Shown: positions 51,343 to 64,000 of the stretch, piece by piece | Layout: each line of letters begins with the position of its first letter | Numbering within the stretch: the stretch's first letter is position 1 | Source of the DNA: the human T2T-CHM13v2.0 reference genome, Homo sapiens | Strand: one strand, 5' to 3' | Assembly: GCF_009914755.1 (NCBI RefSeq) | Contig: NC_060931.1 | Length of the DNA: 64,000 nt | Program-made: the position numbers and the translations under genes | Notes under the pieces: generated by a model | What the model saw: the letters and a program-made list of their open reading frames with translations, nothing else | Databases searched by the model: none | Told to the model about the DNA's origin: nothing

Positions 51343-52064
51343 TTAAGCTAGAATGGCACAAGATAGTCAGAAAGCTAGAGGCATTTCTAAGGGTTTAAGA
51401 ACTAGAGCATAAAGTTAATCTGTCCCCAAACGTTACACCTGGACAGATTAAGCTGAATCGATTTTAGCATGCCAGGTAGGTTAAAGCTAATGGAAAATTC
51501 CTCAACAGTGAAAGAACAAAGCAAATTAGAACAGAAACAAACAAAGAAAGCCCAGCCCGGCCAGAGATACTGAAAGCTCCAGGCAGGGCCAAAAGGAAAA
51601 TGAGTGGATGAGATTTAAATATGTATGAGAGTGATAATCACTGGAGGGTCTCCATACAAAATGACAAATGACAAAATTCTCAGGGCTGACCCCTCTGGGA
51701 AGATGTCAAGTCAGAAGGAAGGGATCTCGCATTGCTGGAACACATCAGTTCCATTTGTCTGGAATGGTTCTAGACTCCACTGCTAGGTCATCAACAGCTG
51801 CAAGTCCAGAGGATCAACAAGGCAACTGCTCCTCCAAAAAAGCATGAAAAACTGTTCAGAATGGGTTTTAAAAATCAAAAGACAGATTTCAAGCAGTATC
51901 TACGTTGTGATCTTATTTTAGTAAAATAAAAATGATATATATTTTGGAAGACTGTAAGAATAGACATCAAAATATTAACAGTGAACTTTCTGTGTGGTGA
52001 GATTACAGCTGATGTTTATTTTCTTTGCTCATGGGTATTTTCAAAGTCTCTATTGTAAACTTGC

Positions 52065-52413
52065 TGTATTAGTCCATTTTCACGCTGCTTATAAAGACAT
52101 ACCCAAGACTGAGCAATTTACAAAAGAAAGAGGTTTAATTGACTTACAGTTCCACATGGCTGGGGAGGCCTCACAATCATGGTAGAAGGTGAAAGGCATG
52201 TCTTACATGGTGGCAGAAAAGAGAAGAGAGAGGACTTATGCAGGGAAACTCTCCATTTAAAAACTGTCAGATCTCATGAGGCATATTAACTATCATGAGA
52301 ACAGCGCAGGAAAGACCTGACCCCATATGATTCATTAACCTCCCACCGGGTCCCTCCCATAACACATTGGAATTCAAGATGAGATTTGAGTGAGGACAAA
52401 ACCAAACCATATC
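52065..52413 (-). mobile_element. THE1 LTR
   Basis: tgtattagtccattttcacgctgc...aaccatatca. Confidence 0.9.
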
Positions 52414-52476
52414 ACTTGCATTATATGGTAAAAGAAAGGAAAAAAAAAAACCAGAGCTAACCCTACATAGGATATT

Positions 52477-52834
52477 GTATTAGTCTGTTTTTACACTGCT
52501 GATAAAGACATACCCAAGACTGGGTAATTTATAAAGAAAAAGGGGTTTAATGGACTCACAGATCCACATGGCTGGGGAGGCCTTACAGTCATGGTGGAAG
52601 GTGAAAGGCATGTCTTGCATGGTGGCGGCAGGCAAGAGAGAACTTGTGTAGGGAAACTCCCCTTTATAAAGCCATCAAATCTTGTGAGACTTGTTCACCA
52701 CCACAAGAAGAGCATGGGAAAGACCCATCCCTATGATTCAATTACTTCTCACCAGGTCCCTCCCATGACATGTGGGAATTGTGGGAGCTAAAATTCAAGA
52801 TGAGATTTGGGTGAGGACACAGCCAAATCATATG
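52477..52834 (-). mobile_element. THE1 LTR (second copy, diverged from the first)
   Basis: tgtattagtctgtttttacactgctgataaagacatacccaagactggg...gacacagccaaatcata. Confidence 0.9.
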
Positions 52835-52869
52835 AGATATGCTACATTTTCCAGATTACATGTAGTTTT

Positions 52870-53590
52870 TTAAAAGTAATTTCAACTTTTACTTTAGATT
52901 CAGGGGGTACATGTGCACGTTCGTTCCATGGGTATATTGTGTGATGCTGAGGCTTGGGGCAAGAATGACGCTGTCACCCAGGTAGTGAGCATAGTGTCTA
53001 ATAGGTAATTTTCCAGCCCTTGACCCCCAGTAGTCCCCAGTATCTATTGTTCCCATCTTTATCTCCAACACGTATTTTTCAATGAAAAATGTCCCCAAAA
53101 TGTATATAGAAAAAAAAATTATCTATATTTCACTGGTCTGCAATAACCATTACTAACATATTAGCACATTTCATTCCATACTTTTTAATATGCAAATGTT
53201 CTTAATTCAACTAGGATCATGCTCTCTATATAGCTTTATATCATTTTTTTCACTTAACACACTCAATTTTCAATCTTCCATATTGGTAACTAGTCTGCAA
53301 AACAGCATTTTTGATGGTTGATCAGTATTCCATCCTATGGCCATAGCAAAATTGATTTCACCAAACTCCTATTGTGGGATATTTAGATAATTCCCAATTT
53401 TACATAATGTTGCAATGGAAATCTTTGTACACAAATTGTCATGCATTTTCATGGCCATTTCCTTAAGATGACTTCCTAGGAATACAATCACTGGGTCCAA
53501 GGGCAGAAACACTTTTCAGTCACTTAATACACATTGCCAAGTTGCCCTCAAAAAGGCAGTATCAATTACACCACCCTCTGCTTCCCATGA
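52870..53590 (-). mobile_element. L1P 3' end followed by an L1ME fragment
   Basis: ttttactttagattcagggggtacatgtgcac...; ttaatacacattgccaagttgccctc. Confidence 0.65.
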
Positions 53591-53959
53591 ATTTCAGGCA
53601 CAGAAATATAGTACCCTTGGAAACACACCTTTCATCCAACTATCTCTTAGGTTTTAGTTCTTGACGTTCAAGATCCAGAGGATTACAAGGCTACGCTTCA
53701 AGGAAAAGGAGGCAATTCAGATTATGTCTGAAAAAGGCCTGCAGGGTGATCGTGGGATGGTGAGTGAACCCCACATGCAGCACAGGGCCTGGCCCAAAGG
53801 AGGTCCCCAAGAAAGACACACGAGCATCTGAATCCAGGTGAGGGGACCAGGACTCAGTGAGGGGAAAAGGGCTCCCCTGAAAAGGGAGAAGGTGAGGTTT
53901 GAGTGGGGAGAAAGCTACTCTCCTAACTCAAGGACCAGGACTGTTTTGGGGGTGGAACG

Positions 53960-54865
53960 CTTTATATTATATACATATTATCTATTATATATCTATATTA
54001 TAACTTATATATGAATTATATATTATATATAAAATCTATATCTATTATAATTTATATATGAATTATATATTATATATAAAATCTATATTATATATAATTA
54101 TATATTATGTATTATATTATATATAATTCCATATTATGTATTATATAACTATATAATTAATATATTATAATACATATCTATTATATATCTATATTATATA
54201 ATAATATATAAATTATATAATTTATAAATTAAGTGAATATATAAATTAAATAATATATAAATTATATTATATAATTATGCAATATGATATATAAATTACG
54301 TATTATATAATATAGATGTTATATAATATGTACTATGTATAATATAGATATCATGTTATATAATTATATATAGTATAGATATATATAATATAGATATATA
54401 ATTATGTTATTTATAATATATAAAAATCAAAAATCAACACGGACATGAGTCCCTCAGCTTCCTCCTGGACTCTGAGCCAGGTCACTGTCTCTTTAGAGGA
54501 AATACAATATGATTTGCGTGTGTGCACATGTGTTCTGGAATAGTTGGCTTGCTCTTGTGATTCGCTTAGGATTACATTTCTGGGTAGACAGAATTATCTA
54601 TCTACCCAGAAACATGTTTGATTATTACAGACATCAAATGTTTATTATAATAAAAATGTTTTGATTACTATAAAGGTTTTATCATAATGATTATTATAAA
54701 TAAGCATATTATAATATGTGTTTTGATTATTGTAAACATGGTTGGTTATTATAAACCTGTTTATCATTATAATATCTATTATATAATTATATATTAATTA
54801 TAAATTATATATAATATATATTTTATATATAAATATATATTATATTACATGTAATATATAATAGT
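53960..54865. repeat. (TA)-rich tract interrupted by a templated insert
   Basis: Direct reading. Confidence 0.9.
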
Positions 54866-55376
54866 TTGTTCTACAGAAAGATCGACCTTTTCCCATGTTC
54901 CAGCAAACTCCACAGCAGCAGGAGAGAAGCCTGGCACCCCCTCCACAAAATAGTCATTCGTCACACAGCCACAGGCATCTTCTCAGGGAAAATTAGACCA
55001 AATGCCTGCCGAAGACAGAAAGTAGGAACTGCATCATTTGGCCCATACGGCAATATTGGATGTGCCTCCAAGTGGCAAACTGAGTGGAATGTATCCGTGA
55101 ACAACATGGCAATAATCAATACAGTTAATTTGTCATTAGATCACACTGTTCCTAAGCTGCAAACGTTAATATACGGAGATTAGAGACTCCTTGGCATCTG
55201 AGGAAACAAAATCATTTTGTGGATTTAGCATAGATATGCAGGCCAGAAGAACAAAATCCAAGTTCCAGAAAGAAACTAGAGAAAAAGTGAATGGAGAGAA
55301 GGGAGCAACTCTCTCAGGCATGGCACCACCTCCCCTGCCCCCAGGGTCTTGAGAATCCTTTCAAGAAGCTACATTT

Positions 55377-55670
<294 letters not shown>

Positions 55671-55812
55671 GCTAAGTTTATCTTCGGATCATTCAATTCA
55701 ACTCAATTCAACAAACGTTTCTTAAGCACCTACTGTATGTCAGGCAGCATTCTAGGTGCTAAGACCAGGTCCCAGAAAACCAAGGTATAAATAGCAACAA
55801 GACATCTAAGCA

Positions 55813-55995
55813 GTACTAAAGAAAATAATTGTTCAATGATACTCGTGAAAGCACAATCAGGCAGCCTTTAAATCAGCACCACAGCAATAGCTATAGAGAC
55901 CACGGCAATGGGATTTTGTTATGGGGGAGAGAGACTGGGCTCAACTCTGAATACTGCATAGCCAAGAGAGAATTCAGAGCCAGGGAGCGGACTGG
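55813..55995 (-). mobile_element. ERV1-type LTR fragment
   Basis: actaaagaaaataattgttcaatgatactc...gggctcaactctgaatac. Confidence 0.45.
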
Positions 55996-57313
55996 GGGTC
56001 ACAGCTATTTACCACTGTTGCAGTGACCCCGATAGAACAAGAGGACAGCGATGGTCACACATTCGCTTGACTTCTCACTCCTAATTCACTCATTTTGTAG
56101 TGTCTTAAACCAAGACAGCTCAGGTGCCTACAACAGGGTCCAAAGACTTCTAGCTGCCTGCTAGAAGTGAGCAGAAAACTTTTTCCTTGTGTAGCTCAGC
56201 CCATGAAACAAAAAATTCTTCTAAAGCCATCTGTCAATTAACTCATGGCACTGAGGTGTGGAACAAAATGATAAATGGTGGGAGTTGGAGGAACTGGTTC
56301 TAATCTAAACAAGAACTCCTCTTCTGTTGTGTGATTTTTTTCCCATTTTAACTCATATCAACCTTGTCCTTCCTGTCATCATGGGCAAGGGCACGCGTAA
56401 ACACCGCGCCATGTCTTGTTTCTAATTTGCTTGCAAATACGAGAGGCCCTGGAATCGCTATCTGTAAAAAGTTAGCCAGAGAGAATGCGAGACAACTTGA
56501 GGGTAAATCGTGGAAAGGATTGAGACTGGCTCACGGAAGCTCAGGGGAAGCCCAGGGAACCGCTCCCCTCTGTAGCTCATCAAATCCCTGCACACCAGCA
56601 CTCCCATTTGTTCTCTGCTGCATTATTTTTCAGTCCATTTGGCCTTCCTGATAATTGATAAAGAGCTGACTATGAAGGAAATTGTTCTCCACTGCAGGGT
56701 GCATAAATATCCCATTATCAATAGGAAGCAATTTACTTGCTTAAAATTGCCGACTCTCTCATTTTGTTTTAACACACTGTTTCTCTATCGAAATAAGTCT
56801 ACACCTTTGAAAAGGCTATCTCCAAAGCCTCACACTGGCTCCAGCTTGAAAAATAAATCTGAAATCAGCTGAGGCAGAATGACCTCATCCCAGCCCTCTG
56901 ATATCAAAAGGGCAGCTCAGAAAAGTGGAAAAATTGCTTTAGGAATTCTATCTACCAGAAATGTAATCCTAAGCAAGTTACAAGACAGTAGGCCAACTAT
57001 TTCAGAACACACGTGCACACACACACCAATCATTCCGTATTTCCCCTAAAGAGACAGCGACCTGGCTCAGAGTCCAGGAGGAAGCTGAGCGGCTCATGTC
57101 CGTGTGGATTTGGGGATTCTGAAGGTAAATAGTGTGGTAAAGGTAACACTGCAATCTATTGGAGAAAACAGGAAGTACTCAATACAAAGACTACAATGAA
57201 CAGTTAAGAACTTGGAAAAAATTAAGTTACAACTGTGCATCACACCATAGACCCAAATTCACTTTTGGAAAATTAAAAAGCAGAGGGAATTAAAACAATA
57301 ATAATTAGATGAC

Positions 57314-57580
<267 letters not shown>

Positions 57581-57940
57581 TAATAATAATATAATTAGAT
57601 GACAAAAGATCTTTGTAAACAAGAATTGGAGGCAGATTGACATATCAAAAAAAAAAGAAACAAAGAAAAAAAAACATGAAGATAAAGACAACCTGAAGAA
57701 AAAAAACAAATGAACTGACCTACAGCAGGCAAGGAAATAGTCTTTGATATGTGAAAAGTTTTACCAGAATGTCCCACCAGAGCAATGCAAAAGACAAACA
57801 GATTTTCCCCAAAAGGAAAAACACAGATATGCAAAAATTACATAAAAAAAGAATTACAACTCATTATTTTTTTTTAACTCACAGTATTTTTTTACTATTA
57901 ATTTTCTAGTTCAAGTGAATATCACCATAATATACCATGG

Positions 57941-58236
57941 TTTTTGTTTTGCTTTGTTATTTTGTTTTGAAACGGAGTCTCACTTTGTCACCTGGGCTGG
58001 CGTGCAATGGTGCAACCTTGGCTCACTGCAACCTCTGCCTCCCAGGTTCAAGCGATTCCTGTGCCTCAGCGTCCTAAATACCTGGGACTACTCCCAGCTA
58101 ATCTGTGTATTTTTTTGGTAGAGATGGGGTTTCATCATGTTGGCCAGGCTGGTCTCAAACTCCTGGCCTCAAGTGATCCGCCTGCCTCAGCCTCCCAAAA
58201 TGCTGGGATTACAGGCGTGAGCCACCACACCCGGCC
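57941..58236 (-). mobile_element. AluS
   Basis: Alu consensus, reverse. Confidence 0.88.
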
Positions 58237-58527
58237 CACCATGTTTTATCTATCAGATGCAAATGCAGCCAATAAATACTTGCTGATTGTCTCCTATGTG
58301 CCAGGCACTGTTCTAGGAGCAGGATATGGCAGTGAACAAAGCAAGGATCCCTGGCCTGCGTGCTTGCCATCCACTAGGGGAAGACAGACGATGGGCACTT
58401 TGTAAAGTAAATAACATGGTGTATAGAAAAGTGATAAATGCTACAGAAATTTTTTTTAAAAAAATGGAAGAGTAAAGTAGACAGCGGTACAGAATTATAG
58501 GATGGACTAAGGAACAGGTTACAGTGT

Positions 58528-59925
58528 TTTAAAATTTTATTTCAACAGTTTTTGGGGAACAGGTGGGTTTTGTTACATGGATAAGTTCTTTAGTGGTGAT
58601 TTCTGAGATCTCTGGTGTACCTGTCACCCAAGCAGTGTACACTGTACTCAATATGTAGTCTTTTACCCCTGCCGCCCCCACCTTCCTGTCCTCCCCAAGT
58701 CCCAAGTCCACTGTATCATTCTTTTTTTTTTTTTTTTTTTTGAGACGGAGTCTTGCCCTGTCGCCCAGGCTAGAGTGCAGTGGCGTGATCTCAGCTCACT
58801 GCAAACCACCACCTCCCGGGTTCAAGCGATTCTCCTCCCTCAGCCTCCCAAGTAGGGATTATAGGCGCGTGCCACCACGCCCAGCTAATTTTTTGTATCT
58901 TTAGTAGAGATGAGGTTTCACCATGTTGACCAGGCTGGCCTCAAACTCCTGACCTCATGATCCGCCCACCTCGGCCTCCCAAAGTGCTGGGATTACAGGC
59001 GTGAGCCACCGCGCCCAGCTCACTGTATCATTCTTATGCCTCTGCATCCTCATAGCTTAGCTCCCACTTATAAGTGAGAACATACAATGTTTGGTTTTCC
59101 ATTCCTGAGTTGCTTCACTTAGAATAATGGTCTCCAACTCCATAAAAGTTGCTTCAAAGGCCATTATTTCATTCCATTTTATGGCTATTATTCCATGGTG
59201 TATACATACCACATTTTCTTTATCCACTCATTGGTTGATGGGCTTTTAGGTTGGTTCCATAATTTTGCAATTTTGACTTCTGCTGCTAAAATTTCTTCCA
59301 GTTCCTGACTCCAGCAACTGGAAGAAAGATCCACAAGGCTTGTTGGCTGCTATAAACATGTGTGCGCATGTGTCTTTCTCATACAATGACTTCTTTTCCT
59401 TTGGGTAGGTACTTCTTTTCCTTTGGATAGACACCCAAAAGAAAAGTGGTGATTTCTGAGATTCTGGTGCACCTGTCAACTGAGCAATGTACACTGTACC
59501 CAGTTTGTAGTCTTTTACCCCTCACCCCTTTCCCCTACCTTTCTCCTGAATCCCCAAAGTCCATTATATCATGTTTATGCCTTTGCATCCTCATAGCTTA
59601 GCTCACACTTAGAAGTGAGAACATATGATATTTGGTTTTCCATTCCTGAGTTGCTTCACTTAGAATAATGGTCTCCAGCTCCATCCAATTTGCTGCAAAG
59701 GCCATTATTTCATTCTCTTTTATGGCTGGGAGGGTGGGAGGGGTTGAGGGATGAAAGACTATAATACATATTGGGTACAATGTACACTGCTTGGGTGACA
59801 GATGCACCAAGATCTCAGAAATCACCCATAAAGAATTAAATCACCACTAAAGAATGTATCCATGTAACCGAAAACCACCTGTTCCCCAATAACTATTGAA
59901 ATAAATATATAAATAAAATTTTAAA
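58528..59925. mobile_element. Complex L1PB 3'-end insertion (two minus copies + one plus copy) inside an L2
   Basis: agtggtgatttctgagat occurs at about 58592 and 59445; its inverse atctcagaaatcacc occurs at about 59812. Confidence 0.8.
58722..59020 (-). mobile_element. AluS
   Basis: Alu consensus; TSD cactgtatcattctt. Confidence 0.92.
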
Positions 59926-61494
59926 AAATCGTAACCCGTTCCTTGGGCCTCCAAGGGTAAAAACCCAAAGGAGAGGAAGTAGTGTATTTAAGTGGTACCA
60001 TTCCATCCAGCAATCATTCCATCCAGCAGATTGCTGGATGGAATGGTACCATTTAAATACAGAGGTTAGGGTATTGAGGGGACATCTGAGCAAAGACTTG
60101 AGGTAAGGGTGGTAGCCATGGGCTGTCTAGAGAAGAGTGTTCCAGACAGAGGAAACAGTCAGTGCTAAATCCCTAGGTAGATGTATGCCTGATGTGTTGG
60201 AGGAACAGCAAGGATACTGAGTCACTGGGTTGGGGTGGAGTGAGTCAGGCAGGGAGAGAAAAACAGGTGAGAAGACCCAAGAGGGAATGGGTGGGAAGGC
60301 AGATTATGCACATTTTGTGTTTTTACTGTGAATGAGGTGGGAGCTCTGGCAGGTTACAGAGCAGAGGAGTCACGGGATCTGACTTGTGTATTAAAAAGAT
60401 GCCTCTGGCTACTGGACTATCCTGAGAGCAGAGAGAGGCTGCTTCTGAGGTCCAAAGGATGACAGCAGCGGAGGAGGGAAAAGTGGTCAACGTATATATG
60501 GGTTTTAAGGTACAGCCAGCAGGGTGTTCTGAAAACTGGGGTTTGGGATGAAAGAAAAGGAGGGACATCAGGAGGGCTCCAAGGTTTCTGACTCCAGCAA
60601 CTGGAAGAAAAATCCAGAAGGTTTGTTTGATGATGTGCCTGGTATGGTGTAGGGTGATGGCAACATTTGCCGTGTGCTAGTGGGAGTGTAAATTGGTACA
60701 ATTGAACAGTAACTAATAACAGCCTTCAAAAATACAGACCTTGTTTATTCAGAGCAAATCTTAAATGCACATTTTTGAGATAACTAGAGAAATTTAATTA
60801 TGAGAAATATGCTGATTTAAGCTAGAGAGAGAGACTGATGTATTTTATAAATGAAATGATATGACATATGGGTTTTGCTTCACAATATTCCATGAAAAAA
60901 AATGGTGGGGGCAGGAGTGATCAATGAAATACAATCAGCAAAATGTTGAAAACTGTTGAAACTCAGTCTTTGGGTATGTTTGACAATATCAATAATAAAA
61001 ATATTTCTTAAGTGTGCACACCCTGGACCCAGCAATTCCATTGTAGGAATTCATCCTAAAAAAGAAGAGATACATATTAAAAGATATTTATTACAGCCTC
61101 ATTTGTAATAATGAAAATAGGAAAACACAAGCAATAGGCGATTAGCTAAATAAATAATATGAAGCCATTTAGCTGAAAAATAGTAGAAAGATTAGAAATT
61201 GGTCTGTATGCATGCAGAAATTTAGTATATAACGAGTGACACTTCAAATAATGGGGAAAGATGAATCCAAAAAATAACGTGGGGACAACTAAGTAGATAC
61301 CTGGAAAAAAGTAAGAATGAAACTGCACTCCACAATTTATACCAAAATACATCCCAAAACAATCAAAGATTAAGTATATTAAAACAAACTCATAATTCCT
61401 ATTACAAAAACATGAGAATTTTTAAATAATTTTAAGAGTGAATAAGGGAGGAAACACGAACCAAAAGCCATAAAATAAAAGACAGTAAGTTCTA

Positions 61495-61805
<311 letters not shown>

Positions 61806-62759
61806 AACTTAAAACATTTGTCAGGGCAAAAATCAGGATAAGCTAAGTGAAAAATCAGAAACAAAGTAAACATGTTTGTAATTTATGTTACAAAAGAGGA
61901 GCTAATTTCCCTCACATTAAAAAATTTATATATATAGCATCAATAAGAACAAAGGCCAACAAGCCAAAATAAAAATGGTCAAAGAACAAGAGCAGACAGT
62001 TCCCAAGGCCAGAATTACATATGGCTTTTAAACATATAACACCAAGTTCAGCCCAACTCATAATCAGAGAAATGCAAATTAAAAGTACATTTGTATACTT
62101 ATATTTCACCTAGAAGGCAGATAAAGATCAAATGGTTTGATAACACACAGTGTGGATAAGACTGTGTGAAAACAGGCCCTCTCAAACATTAGTGATGGGA
62201 GTGTGTGTTACTATAAATTCTTTGACGTGCAATTTGGCAATTTATACTGGTTATAAATGCATACTTTAACTCAATGATTCCACCTCTAGAAATGTATTAT
62301 TCAAGCATACAAACACATAGAATAATATATGAACCAGGCTAGTGGCTGTAATATTGTGCGGTGTGTGTGTGCGTTATAGATAGACAGATAGATGAATTTT
62401 AAAGATCATATTTAATGATACTAAGGAATTATTGTTACACCTGTTAGGAGTGATATTGGTTCTGTGGGGTTTCTTAAGTCCTCATATTTTTGGAGATATA
62501 TGCTAAAATAATTACAGACGAAATGATATAATGTCTGGGATTTGCTCTCAAATAATATAGGAAGAAGGAGGGTTGGTAGCTAGGAGTGTAAATAAAAATG
62601 CTTGGTTCAAGTTAAAGCTTAGTGATGGCCCCCTTAGCATTCATGACACTCAAATCTTCATAATAAAACCTCAACTATTAAAAAGCTCAGAATCAACTCA
62701 AATAGCCATTAATAGAAAAGTTAAATAAACTATGATACACCCAAACAATGGAAGAGTAT

Positions 62760-63210
62760 TGCTATGGTTTGAATATGGTTCATGATTTGTCTCCTCCAAA
62801 CCTCATGTTGAAATTTTATCCCCAGTGTGTCAATATTGGAAGGTGGGGCCTGGTGGGAGGGGTCTCGGTCACGAGGGCAGATCCTTCATGAATAGATTAA
62901 TGCCCTCCCTCAGGGGTGAGTGAGTTCTTGCTTTATTAGTTCTCTCAACAGCTGGTTGTTAAAAAGAACCTGGCACCAACACTCCCCCACCCCCCACCAG
63001 GCTTCCTCTCTCACCATGTGATCTCTTTGCACACATCCGCTCCCCTTCTGCTTCTTGCCCTGATTTGACACAACCTGAGGCTCTCACCAGAGGCTGATGC
63101 CCAATTTTGAACTTTACAGCCACCAGAATCATGAGCCATATAAACCTGTTTTCTTTATAAGCTACCTAGTCTCAGGTATTTTGCTACAGCAACACAAAAT
63201 GGACTAAGAG
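62760..63210 (+). mobile_element. MSTB-type MaLR LTR
   Basis: tgctatggtttgaat...gcaacacaaaatggactaag. Confidence 0.85.
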
Positions 63211-63370
63211 CTGTTAAAAGAGTAAGCTAAGCGGATTTTATATCCTGATGTGGAATGACCTGCAAGATGTATTGTTAAATGAAGAAGCCAGATGCAAACA
63301 GTGTGCATCAAATGTTTACCATTTACTTATGAAAAAAAGAAGAAAGACTAGACCAACGTGCTTGTTAGAT

Positions 63371-63408
63371 GGGTCGGTGGTATAGTGGGGAGCGTAGCTG
63401 CCTTCCAA
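63371..63408 (+). pseudogene. 5' half of tRNA-Gly(TCC), tailless retropseudogene
   Basis: GGGTCGGTGGTATAGTGGGGAGCGTAGCTGCCTTCCAA versus tRNA-Gly-TCC GCGTTGGTGGTATAGTGGTGAGCATAGCTGCCTTCCAA. It is flanked by the direct repeat ccaacgtgcttgttagat / ccaatgtgcttgtaaat. Confidence 0.85.
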
Positions 63409-63422
63409 TGTGCTTGTAAATA

Positions 63423-63501
63423 TTAGGTTGGTGCAAAAGTAATTGTGGTTTTTGCCATTAAAAGTATGGACAAAACCGCAATTGCTTTTGCACCAACCTA
63501 A
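63423..63501. mobile_element. MADE1 (Hsmar1-derived MITE)
   Basis: ttaggttggtgcaaaagtaatt...aattgcttttgcaccaacctaa. Confidence 0.92.
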
Positions 63502-64000
63502 CGTGTAGAGTATGTCTGGATAATACATAAGAAACAGATATTCCTGGGTTGCCTCTGCAGAGGGAAACCAGGTGATGGTGATAAGGAGGAGGAGGGACAG
63601 GTGTTATGAGGGACACTTTCAGTATATGCTTTTCTACCTGTTGAAATTTGTACCATTAATGCATTATCTATCCACACAAGTAAAATTTGTGATTGTAAAA
63701 GTACACACTAAATCATTAACAGTGGTTATTGCTGAAGGATGGGATTGTGGGTGATTTTTATTTTCCCAGTATTCCACAAAGCACATATTTTTCTTAGGTA
63801 ATTTGAATAAACAGGTTATTTTTGAAGAGGCAAAAATCAGGAAATGACTTAATCAAAGAGCTTGTCTCAATCAGCAAACAGAAAGTAACCCACTAATTCC
63901 TAGTTACAGGACATTGCCACAGCCCTCTTCCTTTGACAATCACACCTCTTGGTGTACTAAGCACCCATGGGTCATCAAGGATGGCGTAGGTAAGGACATG

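Larger units (their letters stand above)
58262..60620. mobile_element. L2 fragment split by the L1PB complex
   Basis: tatgtgccaggcactgttctagg (58295); gacatctgagcaaagacttgagg and gaagagtgttccagacagagg (60080-60150). Confidence 0.7.

Noticed and set aside
63371-63408. Functional tRNA gene
   Set aside because: It lacks the 3' half (T-arm/B-box and acceptor 3' strand).

Overview
Human-type genomic DNA that is almost entirely intronic. It contains one genuine coding exon, on the minus strand (38947-39090, 144 nt, phase 1/1). The exon encodes EF-hand 1 and the start of EF-hand 2 of calneuron-1 (CALN1/CABP8, 7q11.22), so the window lies inside CALN1. The rest is dense in interspersed repeats: more than 45 Alus, L1PA/PB/MA/MB/ME and L2 fragments, MaLR/ERV LTRs, MER44/MER58/MER5/MADE1 DNA elements and simple repeats. 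Nearly all ORFs in the supplied track are Alu, L1 or low-complexity artefacts. The non-routine observations are: (1) a 5'-truncated ABCF2 retrocopy that kept its last GT-AG intron and hosts several nested insertions; (2) a tailless 5'-half tRNA-Gly(TCC) retrocopy with TSDs; (3) a cluster of locally templated, inverted or scrambled copies resembling template-switching or Pol-theta repair scars; (4) long purine tracts bracketing the CALN1 exon; (5) an Alu-associated (AAGGG)12 repeat. I found no evidence for a novel protein-coding system. Repeat subfamily names and repeat boundaries are approximate, by-eye calls from remembered consensus sequences.
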